Assembly (NCBI GenBank): GCA_000708835.1
Contig: DF237351.1
Span: 1 to 64,000, forward strand
Direction: 5' to 3'
Length of the DNA: 64,000 bases
DNA from: Klebsormidium nitens
Lineage: Eukaryota > Plantae > Klebsormidiophyceae
The notes under the pieces are model-generated. The model was not told the origin of the DNA, made no database searches, and was given only the letters and a program-made list of their open reading frames with translations. A program made the position numbers and the translations under genes. Shown here piece by piece: positions 22,969 to 37,354 of this stretch (within the stretch, counting starts at the first letter, position 1; each line of letters opens with the position of its first letter).

Positions 22969-23499
22969 CCCAGATAGATTTCATATATCGCCTGATGTGT
23001 ACTCCTGCAGTAGCTTTGAAGGATCATCACCATTGGATTTGCATATCGTGTTGATCTACATCAGCAATCTGAAGGCATCTATGCGATCGTACAAGCGGCC
23101 ATGCAGGTGCACTCAGGTCTCGCGTGCCAGACTCATTATTCTAAGAAGCAGTCAATGCGCAGAGTTAAACGAAAAGTCGGCGGATCAGGTCAGAATCGAA
23201 GGACAGACCTATGTAGGACTCCTATGCCAGTCAATCGAGATCGGGGCTTATAGTCGGTCATGAGCATACGCTGCATGATTGGACTTTCCTGTCTGTTGCC
23301 AACGCGACGAGTGGTGGTCGCAAGAACTGAGCCACACCGTGACGTGGCATCACAACATAATAATGCATGCATGTTTCCTCTTCCTGTCGAACGGAAATAA
23401 CAAGTTTCGCAAGCTGATACTAGAGGAACCAAAGATTGATATCCGTACCTTGTACTCAAAACATGCGAGTCACCAAAGACGACTGTACATCAGCGAGCG

Positions 23500-26400
23500 T
23501 TAGTGGTCAGATTGTTTGCTTGCATCCATTCGGGCAAGAACTTCTCTTTGCAGCGGCGTGTCTGAGAAGATGGCTCGTATCAGACGTTGCACCTGCACAT
23601 GCATTGGTTTAGGTCAGTGAGCCTCAACCGAAAGGTTGACGCCGTACAAGCAGTGGCGAAGAGCAGCGTGCAGACCTCTGCACGCTGCTCTCAGGTCGCA
23701 CGAAGGGGAAAAATCTTGCATAGACGATCCAGCGTTTTCCCGCAAAGGAAAAAGCATTTAAGCGGGACGGTCAGCCTCGAAGTTTGATTGAGATTTGAGT
23801 ACGCTGCAGTGTTCTTTGAGTAGGTGTACAGTAAACGCACTCGCAAACCTGGGACGACAAACATGAAGCAATTGCAATTTGTCGGGATTAGGTTGAGTTC
23901 ATCTTGAAACTTTCGGCCTTCGGGTCATTTTCAGATTTGACCGGATGTCCCATAGATCTTTTCCGATGACAGACGCTCACCTCCGGTGCACGAAAGCCGC
24001 ACGCCGGCAAGTTGCCGGACTCCCACGCTGCGTTGATGTCCCGCAACGACATGTCCAGGAAATCTGACAGCAGAAGGAAGAGCGCTTCAGAACAAACATG
24101 CGAGCGTGTTTGACTTCGGTGTCGGAACGCTGACACCGAGGGAGCGAAGTAGGCAACTGCACGCTGAGCGACAGAAGAGAAAGCCTTCAAGAAAGAAGCA
24201 AGGCGACTTTGCCTCTGCACGCGGTAAAACACGCAAAACTTGAGGCATCGCCGTGTCAATCTCAGTAGGCAGCAGGAGCACAGCTTTGGACTTGTGCCTT
24301 CCCCGAAGAGCCTCCTCGCTTTGGCATCAATGCACGAGGAAAAGCAGACCACGTCTTTCAAGCATCATCGGCGGTTCACGAAGTCGCAACGGCGGCAGAA
24401 AGTCGAAACACGGGAACCGAAAATTTGCCGTCCCATGCGGTTTTGGACTTCATGCTGAGAGTCTAGTGGACAAACAGCGAAATCACAACAGAGTGTCTTT
24501 GCGCAAGAGCAAAATGTTGGACCCGGCGGCGAATGGAATTACTGTAACGCGACCTATTAGCAATTTGAAGACGCTATTTTGCTGAACAAGTGCAGATATC
24601 GCAGATCAAACACCGGGTCCAGTTTACGTCGTGATCTCGGTCGGAAGATTCGCCTTCTTTTTAGCGTGAGCCGGACAAGAACCCGCAGGCCAAAGCTGGT
24701 GACTTACCGATCAGCCGCAGCAGCTTTGGCCCCGTTGGCACAAGCCGTGACGCCGTTTCCGCTCTTCCAATCGTTTCCGCTCCGGAACCAGCAGGCGGAC
24801 TCGTGAGGACGTCCGGAAGGCCCTCCAGGAGCGTCCGAAGGAGGTGGCGCAACTGCGCAATGGCACGTTACTTGTCAGGCTTCTTTGAAAGCCTGCCTTT
24901 GAGGGAAGTCGTATATCTTGCGGGAGACGCGACAGCGCTTCAGTGGGTTGCTTACTGAAGAACACAAGCGGAGACGTAGTCTGTACTCCCACGTTCGTAG
25001 CATGATCCGCCAATCTCGTGCAAAGAATCTATGAACTACTTCTCTCGACCAAAGTAGAGGCTTCTTCTCTCTTGACCGCCCAAGGCGTTAGTCACGACCG
25101 GGCATCAAACGCCGGCGCATCGCACCGCCCTCCTCTTGTTCCCGAAGAAATATACCGGAAGAATGAAATCTCCGATACAGGCCGGAAGGCAACATACAGA
25201 ATGGAAGCAACTTCCCAGACCCGCAGAAGTTGAAACCCCCCGCAACCTGATCAGTCAAGAGCACATTTCCTCACCTGTTTTGTCACACTCACAAGCTCGA
25301 GAGAAGGGGAGAGAACTGACAACGGCGGGACTGGTAGAAAGCGGGAATCGACGTCAATGAGTTACCCAATGAAACCGAGCAGCGGGCCGCACCTGGGTGG
25401 TCTCCTCGACGGCGATATCGTCCAGCTGGAGCACCTCCGAGGCGACACGTGCCACGCACGCCTCCGCCAGTGACGTCATCATGTCGTGGAAGATGCCGCG
25501 GCTGAGGACGGGGCGCCAGATGGTCGCCAAGTGTCCCAGAACATGCAGCACCTGCGGAAGCGAAATATCTTTGAGCATCCCCTCGTTTATGTCTATCTAA
25601 AAGAAAGAAAGTGGAAGCAAGGTAACAATAACTGATTATCAGACTGGGAACCCTTTAAAGAGATGTATAAGCGTTCGCGCAACCAAAAGGTAGATCTTGT
25701 GTCTCGGGCAGCTTATGAGTCCACCCCACTGACGACAATAGCCCGAGTAGTTCGGCCACATAAGAAAACACACGTAACAACTGCTCTGGCGTCGCCAAAC
25801 ACATGGTACAGCCTTTCTGGAGCATCAAAGAAAAGTCACAACGGAGACTGTGGGGCTCTCCGCAAGATAGAACGCTCAAGCTATACCCCGTCTTCAGCTC
25901 TCTGAAACCCTTGGCAGATATTGCCAACCGCTTGCCTTCGTGCTAAATCTTGTGTCACGAGTCCCTCCCGCGAGTCGGGCAATTTGGACGGCGCGGAAAA
26001 CTTTCACACTGCCCGACCCAGAACGGCTTCGAGCGCTGGTTCCACGGCGTCTCAGCGACCCGTTACCTCCTCGACGGCTCAGACACTATGTTTAGAAACC
26101 CTACGAACTTGCCATCCATCCTACTCCCGAAAACCAACGGGTCAATTTACAGTTGTAAATAAGACAGAAGTTCCCCACCTTCTTGATTGCTCGCTCGGCC
26201 CCCTTGAAGTTGACCTCCTCGTCCGTGAACCGGAAGCCCTTGCCCTCGTCCAGCGCCCGCATCAGCTCGTCCCGCTGCTGACGTACTTGGCCGGACCGGG
26301 TGACGTCAGCGAGTTGCTCGAAGGCGGGGGCGAGGTCCGCGAGGGTGGATAGATCCCGCAGGGAGGGGGGCAGGGCGTTCTTGTACTGCGAGGAGAAATG

Positions 26401-29400
26401 TGAATTGTCGATTGGGAAATTAATCATTTGGAAACCGAGCGGCGCACGTGTGACGTTGACGGCGACCTTTGCGCACAATCCCATACAGCACTGCCGCTGC
26501 TCGATCCGCTGAGGTTGAAGGCGGCAGGCTGCTCGAAGAGTCGCATTCTTCGACGGATGAAACGATCAGACGCACTAGAATATTTAACTTTCAGCAACGG
26601 AAGGAGGCCGCATCTGATGCTTCTAAAGTTAGTAGACATGGTGAAATAACTGCGCCTGATATGAGAGTATTATTGGGCTCAATAGCGCCAATTTCATCAA
26701 AGCCATTTTTCCATAAAGCTGCATATTGGCAGCTGAGACTGCAGAACAGTCTGTCATGGCACTCTTCACAGAAGAGAACAGGAGAGATGAACAATTGTCT
26801 TGGAGCCCTTTCCCTTGTGTGGATTGTTTACAAAACTCAAGCGGAAGGACAAGTTCGCCCAAATTCTCTACCAACTCTGGGCTCGCTAACGCAGGGACAA
26901 GATGTTGCAGCGCAGGTCTTCAATGCTTGCAGTGTGCAGCTTTGGGGACTCGACGGCAAGCTTGATTGTCAACGATTCCGAATAGATAGAACACTTAGTC
27001 GAAAAGGTCGGTCATCCCTGCGTTCAAAAGACCAGGAGAATGGCTCACCTGGATTCCGAGCATCAGTGCATGGTGCGCTATGTACAGGCAGTCATTGTGG
27101 AACACCATGGCCAGTTGCGGAACGCTTTCCAGCTGATGCTGTCGTTGCACGGGAACGATTGCCCGATACAACTGGAGGACGTCTCGAGCAGTGCGGTGCA
27201 GTTGCAGAGCGGTTCGGGCGGAGGATTGCGTGGCCTCCCGAAGGGCCTCGTGCGCGAGCTCGGCGAGCTGCTGGACTGCGGTGGAGACCTGGGGAAAGAG
27301 ACGGACGAGCTTAATACAGGGCCTTTTTGAGGGCGACGATTAGAAAGAAGCGTTTTGAAAGGAATGGATACAAGAAACCAGGCTAGAAAGCTTGAGGAGC
27401 CTTTGAAACATGGTCAGTCTCAAGACGAAATTGGCAAAAATAAATGAAAGAAGTGTCCGTAGAGCAAACTGACAATGTTTAGGGAAGGGACTGCGGCAAT
27501 AAGCGTGTCATAAAGAAGCAGCAGCTAAGCGGGTGCGGAAATTGCGAAGTGAAGCGTCAGTAGCGCAACCCCGCGAAGAAGGTCGCGTTGGTTGCACCTC
27601 GCTACCAGATTCGCCTCGATAAAAATACCTGCAATTGGTTCACGTTCACGACAGGGTCTCCGTCAGATTCTTTGCAGCAACTAGACAGGAGGACCAATCG
27701 TACCTGACAAGTCGGCAGGTAAAAGAACGGCCCCTGCTCGTCTGCTTCCTCCCCACCTCCCCCTTGCCTTCCAGAAGTCCCTGGCATGTCACCTGACGGC
27801 TCTCCTCGACTGGCATCAGCATGCCCCCCCTCTTTCACCAGAGTTCCGACCCCCCCTTTCCGTCCCAACGGTCTCGCCTTTTTGCCCCTGGGCTCGGTTT
27901 TGTCAGCAACTTCCGGAAGAGGTTCGATCCCTGGAGGCTTTCTGTCGATCCCTGAACCGACTGTGACGGTATTCAAGCACAAGTCTGGCAGTGTGACCAA
28001 ACCCCGCGCCCTGGCCAGCAGGCTCGTCCTCTTCTTTGTAGCAAAGTGCACATCGATGTCGGCGGCGAACGCGCTGAGCTCGTGCCCCTTCTCTAGTTTC
28101 GAAATGAGCCCTTCCGCTTCCAGAGCCTTCTCAAACTCCGCTGAGGCCTTGGCAAGCGGCTCAAACTCCGGCAGTCTGCTGGCCTCGCTTGGGACCGCTG
28201 ACGTCAGCGGGCCGTTGATTAGCGTCTTGGCGATTTTCGGCCACAGAATCTGTCCCAATCGGAGGGTCTTGCTTCGATCCCCATGCATGACGTGCCGGTG
28301 GATGAACTGGACGACCGTGACCAATGACGAGTATGTTTCCACAAGCGTTGCTGGACCGCCCTCGCTGCTGACACCTGCAAACCGCAGCTTTGCAAACTCC
28401 TCTTCTTCATCCGTGGTCAAGACTTGAAGATCAACCTTCTTCAAGCTTAAGGCCACTGGCCCCTCTGAAAGTTGTGCCGCCAGCTTCTCTAGCTTTCTAT
28501 CTAGCAAGTCTAGGGTGTCGAGCGCCTCCCACGAAGTTTCCAACCCCTTTTTGCCCCCTCCGTCAGGCACATTCTCTGCGCGCACTTCCCCTCGGCCCAA
28601 ATCCACAACAACCGCCCCCTCGAACTCTTCGTCCAAGTCTGCTTCCACCCGACTCCTCCTAGCCGCTACTTCTTCCCTAAGGAGACCGAAAACGAGGGGA
28701 CCCTGGGACTGCTTGTCAGGCAAGCCAGTGATGCGCTGCTCTAGGGAGAGAATCCACTTGGCTGCCTGAGGGAGATGCCCCTGCCTGATCTGCTTGTCAA
28801 GTGACTGCAGGCCTTGATTTAGAGAGGCGACGAGCGAGACTGCCTCTAGAGCTCGTTGTTTTGCTGCAATCTCAATTTGAAGCTCGCGGTGTTCGGCGGC
28901 AGAGGCGATTATGTCAGCGCCCAAACCTGCAGGGGGAAGGTGATGTCAGCCCCCCAGCAGGCACGCAACTGCATTGGTGTTGGATGTCTTTCGCAAACAT
29001 AGGTTTGAATTCTTGAGTCGGGATCAAAAACAGGGCATGTGCCAAAGTAGCCAGCCCTGTGAGGGCAATTGCAGTGCAATGTGTGGAACCCTCAATTTCC
29101 ATTAGGGCTGTTGTTACTCGAGCAGTTCAAGTCTGGTCAATCGATTTGATAACTCGAAAGTGTCTGCTAGTGCATATAAGGAGCATTGATGTCTATATTG
29201 CTTGTAATGATCATAAATCACACATGTGAGACGGGTGGGGCTAATTTAGGGAGTTCTGGGTGGGCATCGGTGCGAAGCGTGTAAGTGTTTGAGCTTTAGT
29301 TTTGAGTATTAGCCTCAACTTCTTCATAATTGATCTTATTTTGAACTATTCTAGGAATCCGCATGAGGAGCTTGCTCTGGCAACTTACCACCACCATATG

Positions 29401-29839
29401 CAAAGCAATTACTTCTTTCCGCTTGGCTTTTCATAAGGATGTGTGGTCATTCACCGGTCACAGATCAATAAAGCAATCAATGCACTGGGCACGATCAACG
29501 AGGTGAATCGCCACAGGTCTCACCATCCTCATTATCCTCACTTCCAAGCACTGTAAGAGCAGAGGCAAAGTCCCGCCCGATGTCGTCAACATGATTACTA
29601 CTCCGCTCGGCTGTGCTCGCCAGCCGCAGCAAGTCCTTGTGATGGTTTGTCAGCGTCAAGTAAACTTGCTCTTTCAATTCCTTAGAGCGGATTTTTATGC
29701 GGTCCAAAGCAGCCTGCAAATCAGCCGCAGAGACAAGCGTTCCAAGGTCAGCTGGAGTCTCTCCATCTCCACAGATGAGGTGAAGGTTTCCGAAGGTGGA
29801 AGGCTGGTTGGAAGGAAGGGGGCCCTGGGGGACGCCCAT
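23500..29839 (-). CDS. ZW10: ZW10 kinetochore / NRZ-Dsl1 tethering complex protein, multi-exon
   Basis: The N-exon gives LVSAADLQAALDRIKIRSKELKEQV. A long exon within 27700-28924 includes ILWPKIAKTLI and DIDVHFATKKRTSLLARAR. Exon ~27047-27290 gives RDVLQLYRAIVP...AMVFHNDCLYIAHH. Further exons give LADLAPAFEQLA, LHVLGHLATIWRPVL and FLDMSLRDINAAWESG. The last exon VQRLIRAIFSDTPLQREVLARM ends at TAA 23500-23502. Confidence 0.93.
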
Positions 29840-30184
29840 CGTGCTGATCTAGATTCTTATGTGCATTCAGATGAACAGATTTCTTGGAAGGCAGGCTGGG
29901 CAGTCCGACCGTCAGGCAAAAGCATTGAAGATTGACCTGGACTCAGCAGAGCATCTGGGCCGTCGAGTATTATCCGACAGCCCAAACTCAGGTTATAGCC
30001 CCAAAGTTGCTGGCCCCCTCCTTTCAGACTCGCATCTCTAGTTGGAATCTGCTTATACACTGCATTGTGCAGATACTTACCTGTAAATTTATTACTTGGC
30101 AGCTCTAGATCTTCATGCAGTAGAGCAGCTTTGACAGTTGGACTTGTAGCGCCAGGGAAAGGAAGCAAGGCGTGGAGTCGAATA

Positions 30185-33100
30185 ATGGCGTCTTCCTGTT
30201 ACATGTGCAGTCAGTTACAGACAAGTTTGGCTCGTTCAAGCATCCAGGCTCGGCAAGAACAGACAGGCGCTTCCGTTGCTTCGTTGTCACCTTGCAGATT
30301 GAGCCCTTTCTTGGATCTTCCCTCTTCAAACTCAACTCAATCTTCCTTCCGTTCTCCTGCTAGAAGAAGTGCAAGGCCAGTCTGCCAAGCGGAAGAGGTA
30401 AGTCTCTACACAGAGCGCGCGTTTATTTGCTACTCTGTGGTGGTATGAAATGTGTGCTGGAAGGAAGAGATGTGGGAATCGATTTTTCAGATATGACTGG
30501 GCCCCATTTCACCACAAGGTCTTCCTTCTGTGTACAATTATCAACGCCGTCGATTCTTCATCATGGTGACGAGGATTTTAGGACTTGATGGAAGGTCTGA
30601 AGCATTGTACTCTTGAATGAGTATCCATGGAGTGCCAAAAGCAAAAACTTTCTCTATTATGAAGGTGGGGCTACCGATATTCACGTTCTGGGCTTCCTAG
30701 GGAGCCAGGGAAACCCTAATTGTCAGGAATGTGGGGGGCCATGTTTACTCTGCACTGCAAACGGCTGCCACTTGACAGTATATTCCATTACTTGTTCCTC
30801 TTACTTAATGTTGCTTTGCCGTAGAGGCATCACCAGACAATTCTTTTATGTTCGCAACTTGAGCGAGGGAACTAGCTTGAGAAACTCAATCTGAGTTGCG
30901 CCCATCAGATTCCGCTCCCACAAGGCACATATTTAGGCCACCTTCTCCGATGCAGCCCAATCAGGGAGCGCCAGCTGTCGACGCCCGCGCCCCCACCAGC
31001 ATTTTGAGTCCCGCCACGCCGCTGCCAAGCGCCGCAACAACAGAGGCCGTCCCGGCTCCAGGCACCGAATGGATCAACTTTAACCTAGACAAGCGCTCCC
31101 CAATCACGCCTCCAGAGTGGGAAGACAAGGTGAAGAAACAGAAGGAGGAGAAAGCGGCCAAGATGCAGACGAGCATAAGGAGACGGCCCCCGACGGGGCC
31201 CCCGACGCACGCGGTGGGGCCGTTTGAGTTTAAGATCGAGAACGAGGACAACTTGCCGAGGAACATATTGGAGGAGATTGTGTGGAACAAGGATGTGGAG
31301 GTGCAAAAGGTGGGCCTTTTGGGTGGCCTTTTGTGTCTCTTCCCCCTTTCTCATTCTTTTCCGTACTGGCTACAACTGGCAAGTTCTTTCAGGCGTTTTC
31401 CACACTACAAATGATAGAAGCTGACGACACCCTCAGCTCTGGCTTCTGAGATCGCAGTTGCAAGGGGAAGTCATTGAGAGATGGAGGACGTTCTGAAACA
31501 TACATTAAAGGTGGCAAGAAGAGGGATAGCATTCACCTGCAACCTACAGTATGTTTTGGTATGGTTGTCCTTCCGGCCAGCAGATGTGCAGAATAATCAA
31601 GCGTGCTGGGACACATCCGTTCGCCCCTGAAGCCTAACCAGCGCTACACAACAGACTGAAGCCTAAGCTTTTCCTTTTAATAGGCGAAAGAGAAGACGCC
31701 TCTCGGTGCTTTGAAGAGGAGCGGGAACCCCGCACCCCCTCTCAACTTCGTGGAGGCCCTGCGGGAGCGGGCGGCAGAGACGGGAGTCCCGGGGCTGATT
31801 GCAGAAGTCAAGAAGGCGTCGCCGAGCAAAGGCCTTATCCAGCCCAACTTTAACCCTGTGAGTGGTCCGGCTTCGATTTCTAAGAATGGGCCTTTCGCAA
31901 GTTGGGAGGCTGCTGCAAATGCTGGAAGCTTGTGCTCTTGCGGTGCTCTTGTGTTCATGAAGCTCTGCAATACGTGTCCCTACACTGAAGGCGACCGTGC
32001 TTGGAAGAGAAATAGGCCGGTGTCATGTGTAGGTCGTTTTCCACCGAAGAAAAAATCCCAATCAAGAAGGTGGGCTTACAATGACATTGTAAGAGTTGCA
32101 CTATCCTGCCATTGGCGGGGTTGTGATGAAGCTAAGCTGATAGCCTCGTTCTTTCAACACAGGTGTTGATTGCACGCGCATACGAGGCTGGCGGCGCGGC
32201 CTGCTTGAGCGTTCTGACCGACGAAAAGTACTTCCAGGTGAGGATTCGGTCCCATTCACGCTGGAAGGCCTGCCGTGCTATTGATATAGTATCGGTTCTG
32301 CAGCATCTGTGCGGCCGCGCGCAGTTTGCCGTAGTCGGTAAAAGTTGCTCCTCCTGCGCTTCTTCCCATGGGAGATCTTTTTCTTTGATTGACACTGCAC
32401 TAACAGACGTTCTTGTTTCCTGCAGGGGAGCTTCGACAATATTGTGAAAATCAGGGCATCTGGCAGTCGGGTAAGTTTGCTCTTTCTCCTTCTTATCGAC
32501 TCAGGTGCACAGAGTCGTTCTGAGCACTTGATGGCTGCTCTTAACGCCAAATTGGACATTCTCATGCCAACGGCTGCGCCCCTTAGGAATGGCGCTTGGT
32601 TGATTGCTCCTATGCCTCTGCATGCCAGCCGCAAAAGTCAACTTATCATGGGAGTTTTTGATGCTTAACCTTATTTCCATTGTGATTGCATGTCCCTTGG
32701 ATGCTTCCGTTGATACCCGCCCCTCACTTTATGCTTTGGATACACCGAGTAGCGGATGAGACGACGTACTACCTATCTGCTGAACTTTAAACGAGCAGTT
32801 CCCCATCAGGATGGTCGGCTTTGGTGCAAGCACAAGAGAAGACTCAACATTACATGACGGTCTTACATCTCGACTGACGAGCCTCAAGAACGAGCTCGAA
32901 TAGTCATCGAACTCGTATTGAGGGGTGACCTTGAATTGGGAGGCAAGCTCGGTCTTGACTGTGGGGCTGAACTCTGGAGCTGTAAACCTCGTTCTTCGGC
33001 ACGTTCCTGCCCCAAGCCGTGCATCCCAAGCACCGGCTCCATCTTCAAAAACGGTTTGATATCATCTGCTTTTCAATCATGCTCTTATAGCTTACCCTCT

Positions 33101-35882
33101 TCTGCAGCTGCCGATCTTGTGCAAAGAGTTCATCATCGACGCGTATCAGATCTTCAAGGCGCGCATGGTGGGCGCGGACGCGGTGCTCCTCATCGCGGCG
33201 GTCCTTCCTGATGTGGACCTCATCTACATGTCCAAGATCGCAAAGTCCCTCGGAATGCAAGCCCTTTTAGAGGTCAGCTTCCCTGTCGCTTCTCTCCTTG
33301 TTCACGAGCGTCTGAAGGTGGGACCTTATAGCATGTTTGCATGTAAACAATGCGTCAGATAGTGATTTTCGCCCTTCCGAGTAAGCCAATTGCCGGTCGG
33401 TCCAGCATTTCAACGTATGGCCGCGCATACTTCGACGAGGCTGGTCACTCCTTTGCGCTGATATTTGGAGGAAAGATTGGGAAGTCGGAAGGAAGTCTTT
33501 GCCGCACCCTGCAGCCGCTAATGGTGTTTTGCATCGTTTCTGGCAACAACTTATCTCGTGGCATTGGCGCTGTAATTTCACCTTGCTTTATCGCCTGTGA
33601 CACTTTCAGTTAGATTTCTAGCTGTATTTTAAATAAATCTGATCAGGTCACGTATGTCTATCTTCGGGGGAACTCTCCACTTCGCTTCAGGCACTACGGG
33701 TTCGAGTAGTTGGTCACTTTGAAGTCTTCCCGCACTCCGTCCACCGTTGCTGCTGCATCCCAAAAGTCTGGCGAGTACAAGAAAAGGGCCTAACGTTTGG
33801 ATAACATTGGGAATGTGGCAGTCGCTTAAGGTGGTCTGTCGTTCGACCTCTTTGCATGACGGTATCGCGAGAGGGACAAAAGTGAAGCAAGATGGAGCGA
33901 AACGGAACCCACTCAAGCGGATTCGGAACTAGATGGAGATTCGGATTGCAAGCATACACGCTTCGCCACGCTCTTGCTTCAAAATTACACGCTGGAAGGA
34001 AGTGGGCCACGTGTTCGGATCTACGGCGTGCCCATGATTGAAACGGGAAAGGATAGAGCAGAACGAAACAGAAATAAGCGGACTTGGAACAAAACGAGAC
34101 CCTGTGAGAAACTAACGCTCCGCTTCGCTTTTGCTCCAGGTTCACACGCTGGAAGAGATGGACCGGGTACTCGGAATCGACGGCGTGCAGATGATTGGGA
34201 TCAACAACCGGGATCTGAGTGAGCATTCAAGCCGCGCTTGTCCTCAATGTCCTGCCCTCTTGGAGAGGCAGGGTTTCCGAGTTACGTAGGTAGGGCGCAG
34301 GAGAAGACCTGAAATGATACCATTGGCAACTCCTCGGTGTAACAAACAAGTATCTCCATTTCCAAGTGCTTGAAAACGCGCTTCCATCGTCGACGTGCCG
34401 ATTGGATTGATGAGTGCCTATTTACGTCCTTGAGCTTGTTGGCCAGTTCCAGTAAGGTTGTCAAGATGAGCGGATGCAAGAGCGCAATCTGTTCCGTCTG
34501 AAACCGAACCAACGAGCGATCTAGCCGGTCTCATTGAGCCGGTCTGGTTTGATGGTCTTCACCAGCAATTGAAATGGGAGGTCAGGAATCCTTCCAACTT
34601 GTCGATCTTGCTGACGTCATGGGTGGTGCTGCGCCTATCTTCGCTGACGTCACCGGTTCGTCATTTCAAGGTACGTTCAAGACGGACATCCACAACACAG
34701 CGCGGCTGCTCGAGGGCGGCCGCGGCGAGCAGATCCGGGAGCGGAACATCCTAGTGAGTCCCGTTTCGCGCTGTAAAACATACTTCTGATGGGCTTTCCG
34801 AGTCGCGGTGTGAAAAGGCCCTGCTAGCTGCCCATCTCACGGTGTTGCTCTTTACACTTGAGCGAGTATGGGCTTGATGGGCTCTTGTATTGAGACGGGA
34901 CACGTACCAGCGAGCCGCCACGTCGCATTTTCATACTTGGAGCAAACGCGGGCGTGATGGGTTGGGTGGGGACGGTGTGCAAGACTCGCCTGAGGGTTTG
35001 AGAAACCGAACACGAAGGTCGCCGTTTATTAATGACCTGTTTGCCGGATTTACCTGGGAGCACTCAAAACGATAGCGACCTAGCTTGACCTTGAGACGCG
35101 CAAGCTGAATCTTCAATCAAAATAACGAACGAATTGAACAACTCAATTTTACTGAAGAATCACGACAAGAATTTGGGGCCAGATTGTTCCGGGAAGAATG
35201 AATCCTAGAGAGCCCCACTTCTTAGAGGGAGAAACCGGTGCCGGAGCAGCTCCGAACGCGCTCTGACAGCCAAGGAGTGCTTCAAGAGCTCTTGAGGAAG
35301 CTTGTCAAGAAAGTGGTTTTGCTCTTATTGCAGTTGGTGGGCGAGTCGGCGCTCGCAACTCCGGAGGACATCGCCATCGTCCAAAAGGCGGGAGTCGGAG
35401 CTGTGAGAGTTTTTACGCAGTCCCCGCACATCACGTTTGCCAGACTTGGCTGCCGTGTGTTGGCGGGGGGCCCTCAGAAGTTGTTCTTTGCGCGTGCTGG
35501 ACATTAGGGGGCTGAGAAAAGGGCAGTCGGAGACAGACGCTTGTGAATTGTCTGCTTTCTGAAGAAGCGATGGTGTAGGGCCTTCGGTCGTATTGTTTCT
35601 GCCTTGCTTCGTATCTCTTTTTTCACCCGGAGAAGTCCCGCAGTATGGTAGCCGTATCTGGATTCGGAGCGTTGCTAATTTCCAGCGTCTGATTCTTGGT
35701 GGAACTGGGCAGTGCTGAAGTACTTTCGTTTTGGTGAGGGAGTTGTGGACGAATCGCAATGACGGGGCTTTCTTTTCATGCAGGTCCTGGTTGGAGAGTC
35801 GTTGGTAAAACAAGCGAACCCTACGGAAGCCATTGCGGGATTGTTCGGAAAGGATATCTCTCGGAAACAAGTTGAGCAGTGA
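30185..35882 (+). CDS. trpC: Indole-3-glycerol phosphate synthase, plastid-targeted
   Basis: A Ser-rich transit-peptide exon spans 30185-30397 ([19 protein letters not shown]...). Later exons give [94 protein letters not shown] and [10 protein letters not shown], ending at TGA 35880-35882. Confidence 0.97.
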
Positions 35883-37354
35883 GTGTATCGTCGAACTTGC
35901 TGTTGGTTCTCGAGGGACACGGAAACGGATACATGTAATGCCTTCATTTGCTACAGGCTTTTAAATAGAAGCTTTTGCTCTTCGAAGTTCTGCAGTCGAC
36001 CTTCTACTTACCCGCGGTGGCATCGACTGCTTTCATGCAGATGTTGCATGAACTGTCTTCTGAGCTTCAATATGACCTCGTGGTTTCGGTGCATCAGATT
36101 CCGGAACTCAGCACACTCCTTGCTTCATGATACGCGCGGCCAACAATTGACACGTCAGCATCACTTCTGCACATCTTGGTGCACTCGTAAATTGCCACAT
36201 CGAAGCCTGATCAGAAATTGACTGTGGATGCATTCAAGGTTGGAAACTCTCCTCGAAGCAACTGCACTTATTGATCGTCAAATAATCGTTATTTGAAGGC
36301 TAACGTTTGCATGATGCTAGATAACACATGGCGGAGCTCGACTTTCGTCATGGCATGTTTATATACATGGACATTCATGATCCGGCCAGCTTTATGGCGC
36401 CGCTGGTTGACCCGACTCGATCACTTGTTATAAGCATATAAATGGGCGCGAAGCTCTAATCTTCGACTCACATTGGCGCGTCGGCCGTCGTATTGAGCGA
36501 CTAGGTACTCGAAGGAGGTGATTTTGGTACGTAGCATTTCGTGTCAGAGTCATGAGCCTAGCGCAGGCCGGATATAGCTTCCGCATCCTCGGATCGTATT
36601 CTTCTCGTATCAGTGTGACTAAAGAATTTGGACCGTCTTAGCTAATAGTGAAAGGCAAGCCTCCATATAATCAAAGATCTACTCATCACCTTGCTGATTC
36701 TTGTAAGGGTCGGACAGAGTCTTGATTCGTATCCCAGTCGTTTCGGAGAACACTTTCTCACAAGAGCAGCGGACTGAGTCAATTCGATCACGGAAGAATT
36801 CAAATCGGGATATACTGGAGAGATGGCTCGATGGATCAAACTCGGGAAGCGGGTTCTCGAGCTACTCCGCACTTTGTTTGAGGCTGCTGGAAAGATCGCA
36901 GTATGGATGATCACCACCTACTACCAGGGTTCTTCCTCCGTCACATGAGCTCATGAATACATTGATTAGTTGCCATACTGTTTGCAGAACGCGCCCGGCA
37001 GCGAAGCGAGTTGTCACAGGTAAGAATGACTGACAACCAAACTCTGGCTCTACTCACAGGTATCCACTTTATACAGCAACTTACAGGCAGGGTCCTAACA
37101 GAATCTCACAATTGACACATTTAGTGCTTTTTTTAAGCAAATAATCATTGTTCCATACTATACCATACTATACATGATACATTTACCCTATGCTTTTCAA
37201 TCTTGTACTTAACATCTCGCTATTGTTGTGTCCCGCATGCGCGGTTCTGATCCTCAGTTTTCGGTCACCTATACATAGAGCAGAGCACCACAAGCCGCAC
37301 CTGGGAATTCTTTTTTGTTCGCGGTAGATTCTTCGTTATCTGTTTGAGTCGAGC

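Noticed and set aside
30073-30083. ATACTTACCTG, identical to the 5' end of U1 snRNA
   Set aside because: The downstream sequence has no U1 stem-loops or Sm site. It is better explained as a perfect 5' splice site (CAG|GTAAGTAT) on the minus strand.
36781-36948. Protein-like open frame (ITEEFKSGYTGEMARWIKLGKRVLELLRTLFE...)
   Set aside because: Short, bounded by stops, with no recognisable family or convincing splice partners. It may be a decayed fragment but cannot be supported.
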